A DNA stretch of 64,000 nucleotides from positions 9,037 to 73,036 of the forward strand of contig JBMNLI010000009.1 of NCBI GenBank assembly GCA_050952645.1. Direction: 5' to 3'. Of the stretch, positions 1-10,778 are shown piece by piece (position 1 is the stretch's first letter; every line of letters starts with the position of its first letter). The position numbers and the translations under genes were made by a program. The notes beneath the pieces were generated by a model, which was given only the letters and a program-made list of their open reading frames with translations, made no database searches and had not been told where the DNA came from. This stretch comes from Bdellovibrionota bacterium (lineage in GTDB: Bacteria > Bdellovibrionota_C > UBA2361 > CAKMMH01).

Positions 1-701
1 ATAGAAATTTTATCTCTTATAGCGAGCGCTTGCTCAAAAAGTAAATCTTTAGAAAAGTTTTCCATTTTTTTATTTAACTCTTCTAGCACATCTAAGGATT
101 TTCCCTCTAATATTTTTATAGCTAAATTTATATACTCTCTATACTCTTCTTTGCTTATTAAATTCTTGCAAGGTGCTAAGCATCTTTTTATCTGGTATTC
201 TAAACAGGGACGAACTCTATTTTTAAAGCTAGCATCGCTACAAGTTCTAAGCGGTATAAGTTCTCTTATTAGACTTAAAATTTCTTTAAACTTTGCACCT
301 TGAGAAAAAGGACCAAAGTAAAGGCTTCCATCGTTTTCTATTTTTCTAACACTTTCGATTTTTGGAAAATCTTGTTTGATATCTATTTTAATACTTAAGT
401 AAGCCTTATCATCTTTTAATAAAACATTATATTTAGGCTTATGTTTTCTGATAAGTTCTCTTTCTAATAAAAGTGCCTCTTCTTCATTTGAAGTGATAAT
501 GTAATCGAGCGAAGCAACTTTACTCATTAAAAAATTAACCGTTATTCGTTTATCTTGTCCTAGATAATAATTTTTTATTCTATTTTTTAAATTTTTTGCT
601 TTTCCTATATATATAATTTTAAGTGCATCGTCTCGCATAATATATACGCCAGCGTTTTTAGGAAAATTTTTTGCTTGTTCTAAAACTTTTTTACTTATCA
701 T
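1..701 (-). CDS. uvrC: Excinuclease ABC subunit C, N-terminal part (runs off the window start)
   Basis: Manual translation from ATG at 701: MISKKVLEQAKNFPKNAGVYIMRD..IIYIGKAKNLKNRIKNY (GIY-YIG), later RPCLEYQIKRCLAPC; directly downstream of uvrB. Confidence 0.93.
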   Translation of the reverse strand, partial: MISKKVLEQAKNFPKNAGVYIMRDDALKIIYIGKAKNLKNRIKNYYLGQDKRITVNFLMSKVASLDYIITSNEEEALLLERELIRKHKPKYNVLLKDDKAYLSIKIDIKQDFPKIESVRKIENDGSLYFGPFSQGAKFKEILSLIRELIPLRTCSDASFKNRVRPCLEYQIKRCLAPCKNLISKEEYREYINLAIKILEGKSLDVLEELNKKMENFSKDLLFEQALAIRDKIS

Positions 702-797
702 CTTTATTATTATTACTAATTTTATTATTACTGTTTTTATTATTATTATTTTTTAGCTATTTATTATATTATAATATTATAGCTAATAACCGTTTTA

Positions 798-2819
798 TTA
801 ACCATTAAGGAGCAAATTTTCAAGATATGAAATTTTATCTCTTAATTTTATAGCTTCTTCAAATTCTTGATTTTGTGCCTTTTGAAACATTTGTTTCTTT
901 AATGTATCAAGTAATTTTTGAGTTTCTTCTTTCGATTTTAAAGTAGCAACATCTAGAGACAAGCCGTAATCTTCAGGGTATTCTATTTCCTTTTCTATCG
1001 CTATTGGTTTAATCATTATGCTTCTAGCCGACTTAGGGATAATGTTATGTTTGTTATTATATGCTTCTTGAATTTTTCTTCGTCTTTTTACCTCGGCTAC
1101 TGCGTTTTTTATCGAGCGTGTTTCAGTGTCGGCATACAAAATTACTCTGCCGTTGATATTTCTAGCGGCACGCCCCATCATTTGGATAAGCGACCTTTCA
1201 GACCGAAGAAAACCCTCTTTATCGGCATCTAGAATAGCTACTAAACTTACCTCTACTAAGTCTAAACCCTCTCTTAATAAGTTTATTCCTATTAGGACAT
1301 CAAACTCCCCCTCTCTTAAGGCTTTTAAAATTTCTATTCTTTCTAACGTATCGATATCAGAGTGGAGATACTTGGCTTTAATACCTAACTCTTGTAAGTA
1401 GCTAGATAAGTTTTCTGCCATTTTTTTAGTTAAAGTTAAAACTAACACTCTTTCATTATTTTCTATAGTTTTTTGTATTTCAGAAAGCAGATCGTCTACT
1501 TGAGTAGCTACAGGTTTAATCGTAACGCTAGGGTCTAAAAGTCCAGTAGGTCTATTTATTTGCTCAAATACCGCTTTAGAGCTTAGCTCTAGCTCTTTAT
1601 CTCCTGGCGTTGCTGAAACGAAAATTACTTGCGATACTCTCTCGAAAAACTCTTCGATGCTTAGAGGTCTATTATCTAGAGCCGAGGGGAGTCTAAAGCC
1701 GTATTCTACTAAATTACTTTTTCTTGCTCTATCTCCTCTATACATAGCGGCAAGCTGAGAAACCGTAACGTGGCTTTCATCTATGATTACTAAAAAATCA
1801 TCTGGAAAGAACGATAGGAGCGTCCCTGGGGGCTCGCCTTGCGCTCTACCGTCTAAGTGTCTAGAGTAGTTTTCTATTCCTGAACAAAATCCTATCTCTT
1901 TTAGCATTTCTACATCGTAAAGAGTTCTTTGTTCTAATCTTTGAGCTTCTAGGAGTTTTCCTTCGTTTGTTAATTCTTTTAATCTTTCCTTTAATTCTTC
2001 TTTTATAGTGATTATTGCTCTATCGATATCTTCTTTAGGCGTTACGAAGTAGCTCGTAGGGTATAAAGAGTAGTAATCTATTTTTGCTAATTCGTTTCCA
2101 GTTATAGGGTCGATAAGCGCTATTTTTTCAACGCTATCTCCCCAAAAAACCGTTCTTACAGCTAGTTTTTCTTCATCTGGGGGAAATACATCTACGCATT
2201 CTCCTCTTACTCGAAACGTTCCTCTTTTAAATTCGTAATCATTTCTTTTGTATTGCATATTTACTAGGGATTTTAAAAAATCATCTCTATCTAGCTCCAT
2301 GTTAGTTTTTAAAAAGAACATCATTTTTGCATAATCTTTAGGGCTTCCTGCGCCATAAATACAGCTTACGCTCGCTACTACTATGCAATCTCTAGCTTCT
2401 ATTAAGGCTTTAGTAGCTTTATGACGAAGCCTATCTATTTCATCGTTTATTGCGGCATCTTTTTCTATAAAAGTATCTGTTGAGGCTATATATGCTTCGG
2501 GTTGGTAGTAGTCGTAGTAGCTTACAAAATAGTGAACTCTATTTTCTGGAAAAAACTCTTTAAACTCATTATAGAGCTGACCTGCAAGAGTTTTATTTGG
2601 TGCTATTACCAAGGCTGGGCGATTTTGTTTTTCTATAACGTTTGCTATTGTAAAAGTTTTTCCCGAACCTGTTATTCCTAGTAGAGTTTGGTAAGCGTTT
2701 CCATCATTAAGGCTATCGTTAAGTTCTTTTATAGCCTTTGGTTGGTCTCCGCAAGGTTTATATGAAGAATATATTTTAAAATCTCTTTGTGTTTTATATT
2801 TATCGAAAAATCGTTGCAT
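798..2819 (-). CDS. uvrB: Excinuclease ABC subunit B
   Basis: GITGSGKT Walker A, YYDYYQPEAY, DESH, GFRLPSALDNRPL motifs; C-terminal UVR domain. Confidence 0.99.
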   Translation of the reverse strand: MQRFFDKYKTQRDFKIYSSYKPCGDQPKAIKELNDSLNDGNAYQTLLGITGSGKTFTIANVIEKQNRPALVIAPNKTLAGQLYNEFKEFFPENRVHYFVSYYDYYQPEAYIASTDTFIEKDAAINDEIDRLRHKATKALIEARDCIVVASVSCIYGAGSPKDYAKMMFFLKTNMELDRDDFLKSLVNMQYKRNDYEFKRGTFRVRGECVDVFPPDEEKLAVRTVFWGDSVEKIALIDPITGNELAKIDYYSLYPTSYFVTPKEDIDRAIITIKEELKERLKELTNEGKLLEAQRLEQRTLYDVEMLKEIGFCSGIENYSRHLDGRAQGEPPGTLLSFFPDDFLVIIDESHVTVSQLAAMYRGDRARKSNLVEYGFRLPSALDNRPLSIEEFFERVSQVIFVSATPGDKELELSSKAVFEQINRPTGLLDPSVTIKPVATQVDDLLSEIQKTIENNERVLVLTLTKKMAENLSSYLQELGIKAKYLHSDIDTLERIEILKALREGEFDVLIGINLLREGLDLVEVSLVAILDADKEGFLRSERSLIQMMGRAARNINGRVILYADTETRSIKNAVAEVKRRRKIQEAYNNKHNIIPKSARSIMIKPIAIEKEIEYPEDYGLSLDVATLKSKEETQKLLDTLKKQMFQKAQNQEFEEAIKLRDKISYLENLLLNG

Positions 2820-3083
2820 AAGGTGTATTATAAATTTATCTTTAGCTTATGTATATGAGTATTTAATTATTTTATTAGCTCGCTCTTAAAAAAACAAATT
2901 AAGATTAAAAATCATTTTAAAAAAAAGACTAAAAGGATATTAAAAGGATTAAATAAAGTCAAGCAAAGTAAATTAAAACAAAAGTAAAATAAAGTAAAAA
3001 ATAAAAAAGAAATTATAAAAAATTAAATAGGATTAACTAAAATTAAAAAAGATTAAATAGAATAAATAAAAATAAAAAAAGAC

Positions 3084-3118
3084 AGGAAAGAAAGCACATT
3101 TTTGCGCTTTTCTTTCCT
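3084..3118 (-). terminator. Probable intrinsic terminator downstream of ORF 3203-3691
   Basis: Imperfect inverted repeat aggaaagaaagc...gcttttctttcct, followed by a T-run on the minus strand. Confidence 0.5.
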
Positions 3119-3202
3119 ATCCAATGTATGCGAACGTGTATAACACGCAAAAAAACCCTAAGGCCAAAAAACCCTAAGGCAAACCTTCTGCTTTGGGCAG
3201 TA

Positions 3203-3691
3203 TCACAAAATCGTTAAAGCCATGTGAATACATGCCAAAATGCCAACCAAAAGTAGCCCAACTTTCCAAAATGCCACAAAAAAGCAAGACACAAATGAGA
3301 AAAGTAAAGGCGCTTCATCTTGGTGGCCTTCGTCCTTTTTGCATTTAGGTGCAAACGACGGACGGCGAGACCAACGGCAATAAAACCAAGCCAAAGCAAG
3401 ATGCAGAATGAAAATGGAAGGCCAAATCAAGAAGAGTTGTTGGTAAAACCTCTTCAACCTTTCTGTATCAATCGGTCTAGCAGGAAGCGAGTCTAGCGAG
3501 CAAGTTTCCTGCCCTTCATTAGCCTCTATTTCGGCAACAGCGACGTTCTCTTTTCCGCTAGCCTCTTTAGAAGCGTATTGCTGAGCTTCTAAAGGTTCCA
3601 TTGAGGTTAAGCCCCAAGCTCCGTTCGTTGCAAGCGATAGAATCGCTACCAAAAACAGAGCGATAGTGGCAATTTTAATACCGTATTTCAT
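3203..3691 (-). CDS. Hypothetical exported/membrane protein (signal peptide plus 2-3 TM helices)
   Basis: 162-aa ORF, AAAGGA RBS, hydrophobic N-terminus and C-terminal TM segments; visibly more G+C-rich than its flanks. Confidence 0.6.
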   Translation of the reverse strand: MKYGIKIATIALFLVAILSLATNGAWGLTSMEPLEAQQYASKEASGKENVAVAEIEANEGQETCSLDSLPARPIDTERLKRFYQQLFLIWPSIFILHLALAWFYCRWSRRPSFAPKCKKDEGHQDEAPLLFSFVSCFFVAFWKVGLLLVGILACIHMALTIL

Positions 3692-4050
3692 TTTATAGTC
3701 CTTTCTATATAGAACTACTTAAGTATTTTTGGGTGTAAACTAGTCAGACTTACCGACTAGTCCCCCATTTGACTAAAATATTTATCTTTACAACTAAGCG
3801 ACATGCTTCAGAATGTTTAAAAAACATTCATAAAATTTTAGACTTTAAAATTTCTATCTTTGAAAAAATACTACTGCCTCTATTATTTTTTTATAAATTA
3901 TAAGTAATAAATTAAGAAAATAGAGAATAAGGAAATAAAGAAACTAAGAAAACTGAAAGAAACTATTTTTAGTTAAAATATATGCTAAGGATTATTTCTA
4001 AAACTATATCAAAATACCTACTTTTTTTCTCTTACTTTTAAGTTTTTCGA

Positions 4051-5355
4051 CTACTTAGAACTATTATAAACTTGCAATTTTTTAGATTGTATATAGCCAA
4101 AATTCTTATTATCTTTAGATGCTATCTTATAAAACTTTCCACGTCTTCCTACTACATGCACCCTATCGCCCTTTTTAAAATAGCCTACCACCTTACTATC
4201 CTTACTCGGAGCTATTCTAACGGGAGTTTCCTCTAAAATTTGATACAACCCTAAAGATAAAATATTTGTTTTTTTTCTTCCTCTCTTAAAGCCCTGCTTT
4301 TTTAACTTTTGACTCGTTAATTTTCGATTTGTTTTACTACTTAAAGATTTATCTAATATTTCTATCTTTTCTAACTTTTCTATCTCTCTAGTTTTATCAC
4401 TATCAAAATCTATATCATAATCTATCTTCTCTAAACTAATATAATCTTTCTTTTTTATTTTTCTTAATTCAAACTTTTCATTTACATAAATTATAACTGC
4501 ACCAAAAATTAAAATTCCGAAAAATATTATCCAATATATTCGTTTCCTAAATTTATTATGCGTAAATTGCTTTGAAAGTATTACCTCTTCTACATACTCT
4601 TTAGCCCTTTTAGAATGGGCTTCAATCGCTAAATTTTCATTTTTATTAACAGCAAAAATATTCTCATATTTTTTAAAAATTACTAGCAAGCTTTCTTCAT
4701 TTAATTTAGTTAATAAACTAAAAAATTTATCATAAATAATTTTTCCTAAAATAAGAGTTTCATTTATATTACTATTTTCGTTGTTTTCATTTTTTTTGCC
4801 ATCTGCTAAAAGTTTTTTAAGATTTTCACAAGCCTCGCCAAAAGGAGCAAGAAGAACGAAACTTGGGAGCTTCTCTTCTTCAAGATTTAATAATATATCT
4901 AAGAACTGTAAAAATATTTTAGTAGCACACTCATTATTGTTTTCATTATCGTTTGCATTATTATTTTTATTATTACTTTCTTTATTACTTTCTTTATTAT
5001 TATAATTATCTTTTAACTGAAACTCACTAAGCTTTTGTCTTATAATATTAAACTCTTTTTTGTTATATAAATCTAAAAGAGCCGAACTCGAAAAATCTTT
5101 AGTAGAAAAAGGTAAATTAGCTTCTAAAGTGTCGCTTTTATTCTCATCTTTGCTAAAACTCTCTTTAGAACTCTCTGAACTCTCTTTATTAAAACTCTCT
5201 TTATTAAAACTCTCTTTAAAACTCTCTTTAAAACTCTCTTTATTAAAGCTCTCTTTGCTTTTAGCCTCAATTTTAGCTTCATTTTTAGCTTCATTTTTAG
5301 CTTTAGCCTCGTTTTCTTTTTTTAATAAATCTTCTAAGCCTAGTTCTACGGTCAT
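4051..5355 (-). CDS. Membrane-anchored protein with C-terminal SH3b-like domain and low-complexity N-terminus
   Basis: One TM segment (IYWIIFFGILIFGAVIIYV); C-terminal VRIAPSKDSKVVGYFKKGDRVHVV..GYI matches the bacterial SH3 pattern; KESFN repeats. Confidence 0.7.
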   Translation of the reverse strand: MTVELGLEDLLKKENEAKAKNEAKNEAKIEAKSKESFNKESFKESFKESFNKESFNKESSESSKESFSKDENKSDTLEANLPFSTKDFSSSALLDLYNKKEFNIIRQKLSEFQLKDNYNNKESNKESNNKNNNANDNENNNECATKIFLQFLDILLNLEEEKLPSFVLLAPFGEACENLKKLLADGKKNENNENSNINETLILGKIIYDKFFSLLTKLNEESLLVIFKKYENIFAVNKNENLAIEAHSKRAKEYVEEVILSKQFTHNKFRKRIYWIIFFGILIFGAVIIYVNEKFELRKIKKKDYISLEKIDYDIDFDSDKTREIEKLEKIEILDKSLSSKTNRKLTSQKLKKQGFKRGRKKTNILSLGLYQILEETPVRIAPSKDSKVVGYFKKGDRVHVVGRRGKFYKIASKDNKNFGYIQSKKLQVYNSSK

Positions 5356-5555
5356 ACTAATTTTATTACTCTTTTTTAAATTTATAACTAAAAAATTTAC
5401 AAATTAAATTACACTATAATATATAATATCAATATATATATATCGAAAATATTTGATAAAAATTACTTATCTTTAACTACAACTAATAAATTTTACACGC
5501 TTTTTACTTCTTATCAAAATTTTAAACCTTATTTTTAAACCTTATTTTCTTAATT

Positions 5556-7262
5556 TTATTTTCTTAATACTTTATTTTTAATTTTAACTAACAACTTAGC
5601 TGCCTCTCTTATCTCTTTTATTCTTAACAAATGCGATAAAACAAAATAAGAAATAAATGCAAATACTACCGATAATATAAGCTTTAAAAGAACTGATGTA
5701 TTTAAACTAAACGCTAAACTAGTAAAGTAATACATTCCAATAGATGCTAAAAACGATTTTATCGTGCAAGAAAAATACCCATCAAACTCTACAGCCTTAT
5801 CTTTTAATTTAAAAATAAAAAACAATATTAAAAATCCCATACTAGAGGAAATACTAGCAGAAAGTGCTAGTCCAATATGTCCTAAATCTATAAAAGGAAA
5901 ATAATTATATAAAAACTCTTGGTAATAATATAACATTTTTGCACTTATAGAATTACTAAACTCGAGCTTGCCACACATTAAAAGCGAAATATGAAAATGT
6001 AAAATTAACATAACCATACTTAAAACCGTTGGCGTTTTAGTATCCTTTTTAGCTAAAAATGCTCGAACTAAAATCGTATATGAACTTATTCCCCAAATAC
6101 CTATCGCATAAGCCTTTAGCGCAGATGCAGTATTAAGCGTTGAAACGCTATCGAACGCTTTTCTTTGTAAAAAAACTTGAATACAAGGCTCTGCAATTAA
6201 AAATATATAAAACGATACGGGAACTATAAAAAAACTAGTGTAAGATAATGCATTTTTTAAACTATCGTGAAACTCTTTTTTTTGCCCATTTACTACAAAC
6301 TTTGAAAGACTAGGAAGAAGCACCGATGCTAGCGAAATAGTAAATATGCCTATTGGAATTTGTGAAAACCTATCGGCATAAAAAAGCCAAGAAACACTCC
6401 CCTCGCTAAGCATTGAAGCTATAACGGTATTTATAAAAATCGTAAGTTGGTAAACACCAGCTCCTACGATAGCAGGTAGCATAAGTTTTATAAGATTTAA
6501 AATTAGCTTATTAAATATGCGAAACGATGGCAAAAGCGTTAATTTAACTCTTCTTAAATACCTTACTTGTAATAGACACATAAAAACACCAGACACTATG
6601 ACGGATATCGCCATAAGGTGCGACGCCTTGTATGGCGTAAAGAAGAAACCTAAAAATGCGAATATAATCATTATTATATTCATTAAGATTTGTGAAGTAG
6701 CAGAAACTCCAAAAATTTTAAAAACGCTTAAGGCTCCATTTGCAAGCGATACAAAACTGATAAATATAATGTAAGGAAACATTATTTTAGTAAGATTGCT
6801 TGCAAGGGCTAATTTACCTGAAACATTTTCAAACCCAGGGGCAAAAAATAGCGTTATCTCTTTTGCAAATATAATTCCAAGCACGCTTAATAGCGACGTT
6901 ACTAACAATAGAAATCCCCCAACCTCTCTAAAAGCTTTTCTAGTTTCCTTTTCCCCTTTTTTCACTTCTTCAGAAAAAAGAGGAACGAACGCAGATGTTA
7001 AAGCTCCTTCTGCTACGAAACTTCTTAACATATTAGGTATTTTAAACGCTACGAAAAAAGCGTCGGCATACATTCCGGAACCAAACAGACTAGCAAAAAC
7101 TAAATCTCTAAAAAATCCCGCTATCCTACTTACTAAAGTTAGAATACCAACTATGCTAGTGCCTTTAATTATAGTTTTATTCTCATTTTGCAATGTAGTA
7201 TTTGCTATATTTGTTTCTTGATTTGTTTCTATTTCTTTTTTTGTTTCACTTTCATTATCCAT
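5556..7262 (-). CDS. murJ: Lipid II flippase MurJ (MviN)
   Basis: SRIAGFFRD, ADAFFVAFKIPNMLRSFVAEGAL, LFYADRFSQIPIG motifs. Confidence 0.97.
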   Translation of the reverse strand: MDNESETKKEIETNQETNIANTTLQNENKTIIKGTSIVGILTLVSRIAGFFRDLVFASLFGSGMYADAFFVAFKIPNMLRSFVAEGALTSAFVPLFSEEVKKGEKETRKAFREVGGFLLLVTSLLSVLGIIFAKEITLFFAPGFENVSGKLALASNLTKIMFPYIIFISFVSLANGALSVFKIFGVSATSQILMNIIMIIFAFLGFFFTPYKASHLMAISVIVSGVFMCLLQVRYLRRVKLTLLPSFRIFNKLILNLIKLMLPAIVGAGVYQLTIFINTVIASMLSEGSVSWLFYADRFSQIPIGIFTISLASVLLPSLSKFVVNGQKKEFHDSLKNALSYTSFFIVPVSFYIFLIAEPCIQVFLQRKAFDSVSTLNTASALKAYAIGIWGISSYTILVRAFLAKKDTKTPTVLSMVMLILHFHISLLMCGKLEFSNSISAKMLYYYQEFLYNYFPFIDLGHIGLALSASISSSMGFLILFFIFKLKDKAVEFDGYFSCTIKSFLASIGMYYFTSLAFSLNTSVLLKLILSVVFAFISYFVLSHLLRIKEIREAAKLLVKIKNKVLRK

Positions 7263-7383
7263 ACGAATTTAATTATATCTTTTTTTATAAAATTATATAT
7301 ACTAATCTTTTATACACTAATCTTTTAAAGAAAAAAATAATTTAGATATTTTAAAAGGCAATAAAAATTTAAGGATAAAAAAA

Positions 7384-7794
7384 ATGGGATTATTTAGAAA
7401 GAAAAAGCATAAACTACCATCATTTCCAAAAACCATAAAAAAAACGTTTAAAGAGTATTGCGTAAATGTTTCCTTAGATAAAATAGATAGATTAAAAGAA
7501 AAAGTTTTAGAACAAATAGAAGAGGCAAAGGAAAGAGCAGGACAAGGACGCCTAAGCGATGTTCAATTAGCAAAAGAAATCTCAGAAAGATGCCTCTATC
7601 TCTTAGACCACTATGAAGACTTTTCACCTAGAGAGCAGAAGCTTATAACTGGGGCAGTTTGCTATTTTGCAATAAGTGATGACCCGATAAGCGAAGAAAT
7701 TTTTGCTTGTGGGTATGATGATGATGCGCAAGTTGTAAATTACGTATTAGAAGAATTAAAAATCGATAATATGTATATACTAATTGCGGATTAG
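7384..7794 (+). CDS. YkvA/DUF1232-like protein
   Basis: GAVCYFAISDDPISE...GYDDDAQV resembles the DUF1232 motif AxxYxxxPxDxIPD..GxxDD. Confidence 0.65.
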   Translation: MGLFRKKKHKLPSFPKTIKKTFKEYCVNVSLDKIDRLKEKVLEQIEEAKERAGQGRLSDVQLAKEISERCLYLLDHYEDFSPREQKLITGAVCYFAISDDPISEEIFACGYDDDAQVVNYVLEELKIDNMYILIAD

Positions 7795-7809
7795 TAAAAA
7801 GTTAAGATA

Positions 7810-8931
7810 TCACCTTACTACCGTTAGGCTCGCAATCTCATCTTTGTACGGCCTTCCAGTTTTTCTTATAATATTCGTATCGGTTACTACTACTCTCATC
7901 ACATTTTCCTTATTTTTTCGCTTATCAAAAACTGATGCAACGGCATGAATAATGTAATGCTTCCCACCTCTTTTCCCTAAATAAATCATTATATGTCCAG
8001 GAAAAAAAACTAGACTTCCAGCTTTTTTATTATCAAAAACCTCATTTAATTTAGCTCTACTAGAAATAATAATAGCGCTATTATTTAAATTTTGTTGTTG
8101 AAATGAATTCCTTGGGAATTTAAAACCAAAAACACTATAAACATTTAAAACGAAACCGCTACAATCTACACCATTATAAAGCCCACCCCAACCGTAAGGA
8201 GTGCCTAAATATTTAAACGCTTGTCTTATAAGATTTCTTTTAGTGTAGGCTAGATAGCCAATATGAATTTGAGATTTTGGCAATTTTACTTTTTTATATA
8301 TTAAATCTCCTTTATCAGATTTTTTAGGAAATTTTACTACTACAAAATCTTTCTCCTCTTTTATAAGCGCTAGCTTCACTCCCATATCTAAAACTTCTTC
8401 TTTAACTTTTATTAGAGGTTCAGACACCACAACGAAATTCTCTTCATCTAAATATTTTAAAAACTGTAAATAGCTTTCAAAAAACGCAATGTTTTTTATC
8501 TCTACCCAACCTTGCACATTATAAGTGGAAATTAAAGCCCAGCTTCCTAAGGTTCTAAGCAAAATTACGGGCTCTCCAAGTTTTAACTCTTTATATTGAT
8601 GCTTATCAAAATGAGTATCATCTTTATCTTCAAATTTCGGTTCATTAGATGGATATCTTCTTAAATTACTTTTATGAATTACAGCAGCAAATTTTTTGCT
8701 TTTATTTTTTCTAATATATTTAGGTAGATTATAAAAATCGACTAAGCTCTTATTATTTTTAAAAAGTTTATAATTAAAATCTTTTATCTCATCACTTAGC
8801 AAAATAATTTTATTGTTATTATTATAAAATGCTTGCCAGTATTTTTTTTCAAAATCTTGATTTTTTATACTACTAGAAGAAAAACATGCACTTAAAGCAA
8901 TTAAAATTATTATTAAAAATCTCTTTAACAT
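7810..8931 (-). CDS. NlpC/P60 cell-wall endopeptidase lipoprotein with SH3 domain
   Basis: YLGTPYGWGG..DCSGF and GHIMIYLG catalytic motifs; start moved to ATG 8931 (AAGGAG RBS, lipobox LSAC). Confidence 0.9.
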   Translation of the reverse strand: MLKRFLIIILIALSACFSSSSIKNQDFEKKYWQAFYNNNNKIILLSDEIKDFNYKLFKNNKSLVDFYNLPKYIRKNKSKKFAAVIHKSNLRRYPSNEPKFEDKDDTHFDKHQYKELKLGEPVILLRTLGSWALISTYNVQGWVEIKNIAFFESYLQFLKYLDEENFVVVSEPLIKVKEEVLDMGVKLALIKEEKDFVVVKFPKKSDKGDLIYKKVKLPKSQIHIGYLAYTKRNLIRQAFKYLGTPYGWGGLYNGVDCSGFVLNVYSVFGFKFPRNSFQQQNLNNSAIIISSRAKLNEVFDNKKAGSLVFFPGHIMIYLGKRGGKHYIIHAVASVFDKRKNKENVMRVVVTDTNIIRKTGRPYKDEIASLTVVR

Positions 8932-9092
8932 ACTCTCCTTTAACTTTTTTGTCCTTGCATTACATTTCTCTTTAAGAGCATAGACGAAAATTTTTATAAA
9001 AAAAAGATGCAAAATAGAAAGGTATTTAAAAAACGGTCGATACAATCACTTGCCTTGGTATAAATAGAGTGCCACTTTCATGGAGGAATTTT

Positions 9093-9239
9093 ATGAATTA
9101 TAAAGAAATACATACTTTAGATTTTATAAAAAACGAAACCATTATTTTAAAACTTTTTTCTTCTCCACCTAATAAGGAAGAAACGGTATATAAAAAACTA
9201 TCTGAAACTCTTGATGTGATAATTAAGGGACAAAACTAA
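9093..9239 (+). CDS. Small hypothetical protein, 48 aa (below the ORF-track cutoff)
   Basis: GGAGG RBS just upstream of ATG; MNYKEIHTLDFIKNETIILKLFSSPPNKEETVYKKLSETLDVIIKGQN*. Confidence 0.45.
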   Translation: MNYKEIHTLDFIKNETIILKLFSSPPNKEETVYKKLSETLDVIIKGQN

Positions 9240-9287
9240 TAAAAAAAGGTTAACGCTCTAATTTTATTATAAAACTCCATTTTCTAT

Positions 9288-9314
9288 TAAAGATTATTTA
9301 TTTTTTACCGATAG
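9288..9314 (+). promoter_or_regulatory. Sigma-28 (FliA) promoter of fliD
   Basis: TAAA-N15-ACCGATAG versus consensus TAAA-N15-GCCGATAA, about 55 bp upstream of fliD. Confidence 0.8.
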
Positions 9315-9367
9315 TATAAATTAGAAAGTAGAATTTTATTTTAATTTAAAATGGAGTTTAAATAAAA

Positions 9368-10756
9368 ATGTCGAGCATTACTTTTTCAGGATTAGCTTCA
9401 GGGATTGATACATCAACTTTAATAACCTCGCTAGTATCAAGGGAGCGAAGTGCTAAAGTTGCTCCGCTTGAAAATAAAATTTCAAGATATGAAGACACTA
9501 AAGATAGTTTAACTAAGTTAAAATCTTTGCTTAATAATTTAAAAAGTAATGTAGAAAAATTTAGAACTCTTTCGGGAGGTATTTTATCAAAAACCACTCT
9601 CTCATCTGATGAAACTATACTATCTACATCGACCTCAAATATTGCGGGGCAAGGAAATTACGATATAACTGTAAAAGAGCTAGCTAAAACTGGGAGTTTC
9701 TCTTTTAGTTCTAGATTTTTAACGGCATCGGATAAAATAGCTCCTGAACTTGTAGGCTCCGATACGATAACTATTTCCGTTGGTACGGAAGAAACAGAAC
9801 TTACCATAACTAGCGAAACTACTATTCAAAACGTTATAGATGGATTTAATGCATTAAATAAAAATGGGCAAGCTTCTTTAATAAATGTTGGAACTAGCAC
9901 ATCTCAAAGTCTCGCTTTAATGGTAACTAGCAAAGAAGCAGGGCTTACAAAAGGAGAGATTAGCATAACGGTAGGTGAGAAGTTAAAAGCTAGTAATCTG
10001 AGTTTAGACCCTACGCTTGGGAAATTATCACAGGCACAAAATGCCAAACTTAGCATAGCTGGTCTTGCAGATGATATAGAAAGAAGCTCGAATACTATTT
10101 CAGATTTAATTCCTGGGATTAGTTTTAAATTAAACGCCATAGGCACTGTAAATATTTCTACTAGCGTGGACACTGAAAACACTTCTTCCGTTGTAAATGA
10201 TTTTGTAGATACCCTAAATGAGGTCGTTTCATATATAAAAGAAAATGATTTAATTTCTACTACACAAAATGGTAAAGAAACTAAAATAGTGTATGGTTCT
10301 TTATCCTCTACGTCGATAGATGAAAATGTTTTATCAGCCCTAAGGGCTTCTCTTTCAAACTCTAGAACTTCTGGGGGGAGTGTAAACATATTATCTGAGC
10401 TTGGAATTACTACTAAAAGAGATGGCACTTTAGCTTTTGATGAAAATAAATTCAAAGAAGCGTTAGTTAAGGATAGTAATTCGGTAGAAAGAATTTTTAC
10501 TAATTTAGGAGAAGATTTAGGTGGCGTTAATGGAAAGATTTATCAACTAACGGGGTTTAATGCCATAATCGACCAAGGTATAAACACGTTATCAAATCAG
10601 ATTAGTGATACTAATAATAAAATTAGCTCTATTGAAAGTTCTTTAGCAAAGTATGAAGCTAGACTTACTAGAAAATACGCAGGACTTGAATCGCTCGTAG
10701 GAAAATTAAATGCTCAATCTTCTTCGCTTATCTCTTTATTAGGTAGTATGTGGTAG
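9368..10756 (+). CDS. fliD: Flagellar filament capping protein
   Basis: N-terminal ITFSGLASGIDT, AQNAKLSIAG..IERSSNTISDLIPG, LSELGITT..DGTL, C-terminal coiled coil. Confidence 0.95.
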   Translation: MSSITFSGLASGIDTSTLITSLVSRERSAKVAPLENKISRYEDTKDSLTKLKSLLNNLKSNVEKFRTLSGGILSKTTLSSDETILSTSTSNIAGQGNYDITVKELAKTGSFSFSSRFLTASDKIAPELVGSDTITISVGTEETELTITSETTIQNVIDGFNALNKNGQASLINVGTSTSQSLALMVTSKEAGLTKGEISITVGEKLKASNLSLDPTLGKLSQAQNAKLSIAGLADDIERSSNTISDLIPGISFKLNAIGTVNISTSVDTENTSSVVNDFVDTLNEVVSYIKENDLISTTQNGKETKIVYGSLSSTSIDENVLSALRASLSNSRTSGGSVNILSELGITTKRDGTLAFDENKFKEALVKDSNSVERIFTNLGEDLGGVNGKIYQLTGFNAIIDQGINTLSNQISDTNNKISSIESSLAKYEARLTRKYAGLESLVGKLNAQSSSLISLLGSMW

Positions 10757-10778
10757 AAGCAAAAATTTAAACCATACT

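Noticed and set aside
3170..3200. c-di-GMP-I riboswitch (ggcaaacc)
   Set aside because: The GAAA tetraloop and GCAAAGC partner are missing, and it is not upstream of a co-oriented gene.
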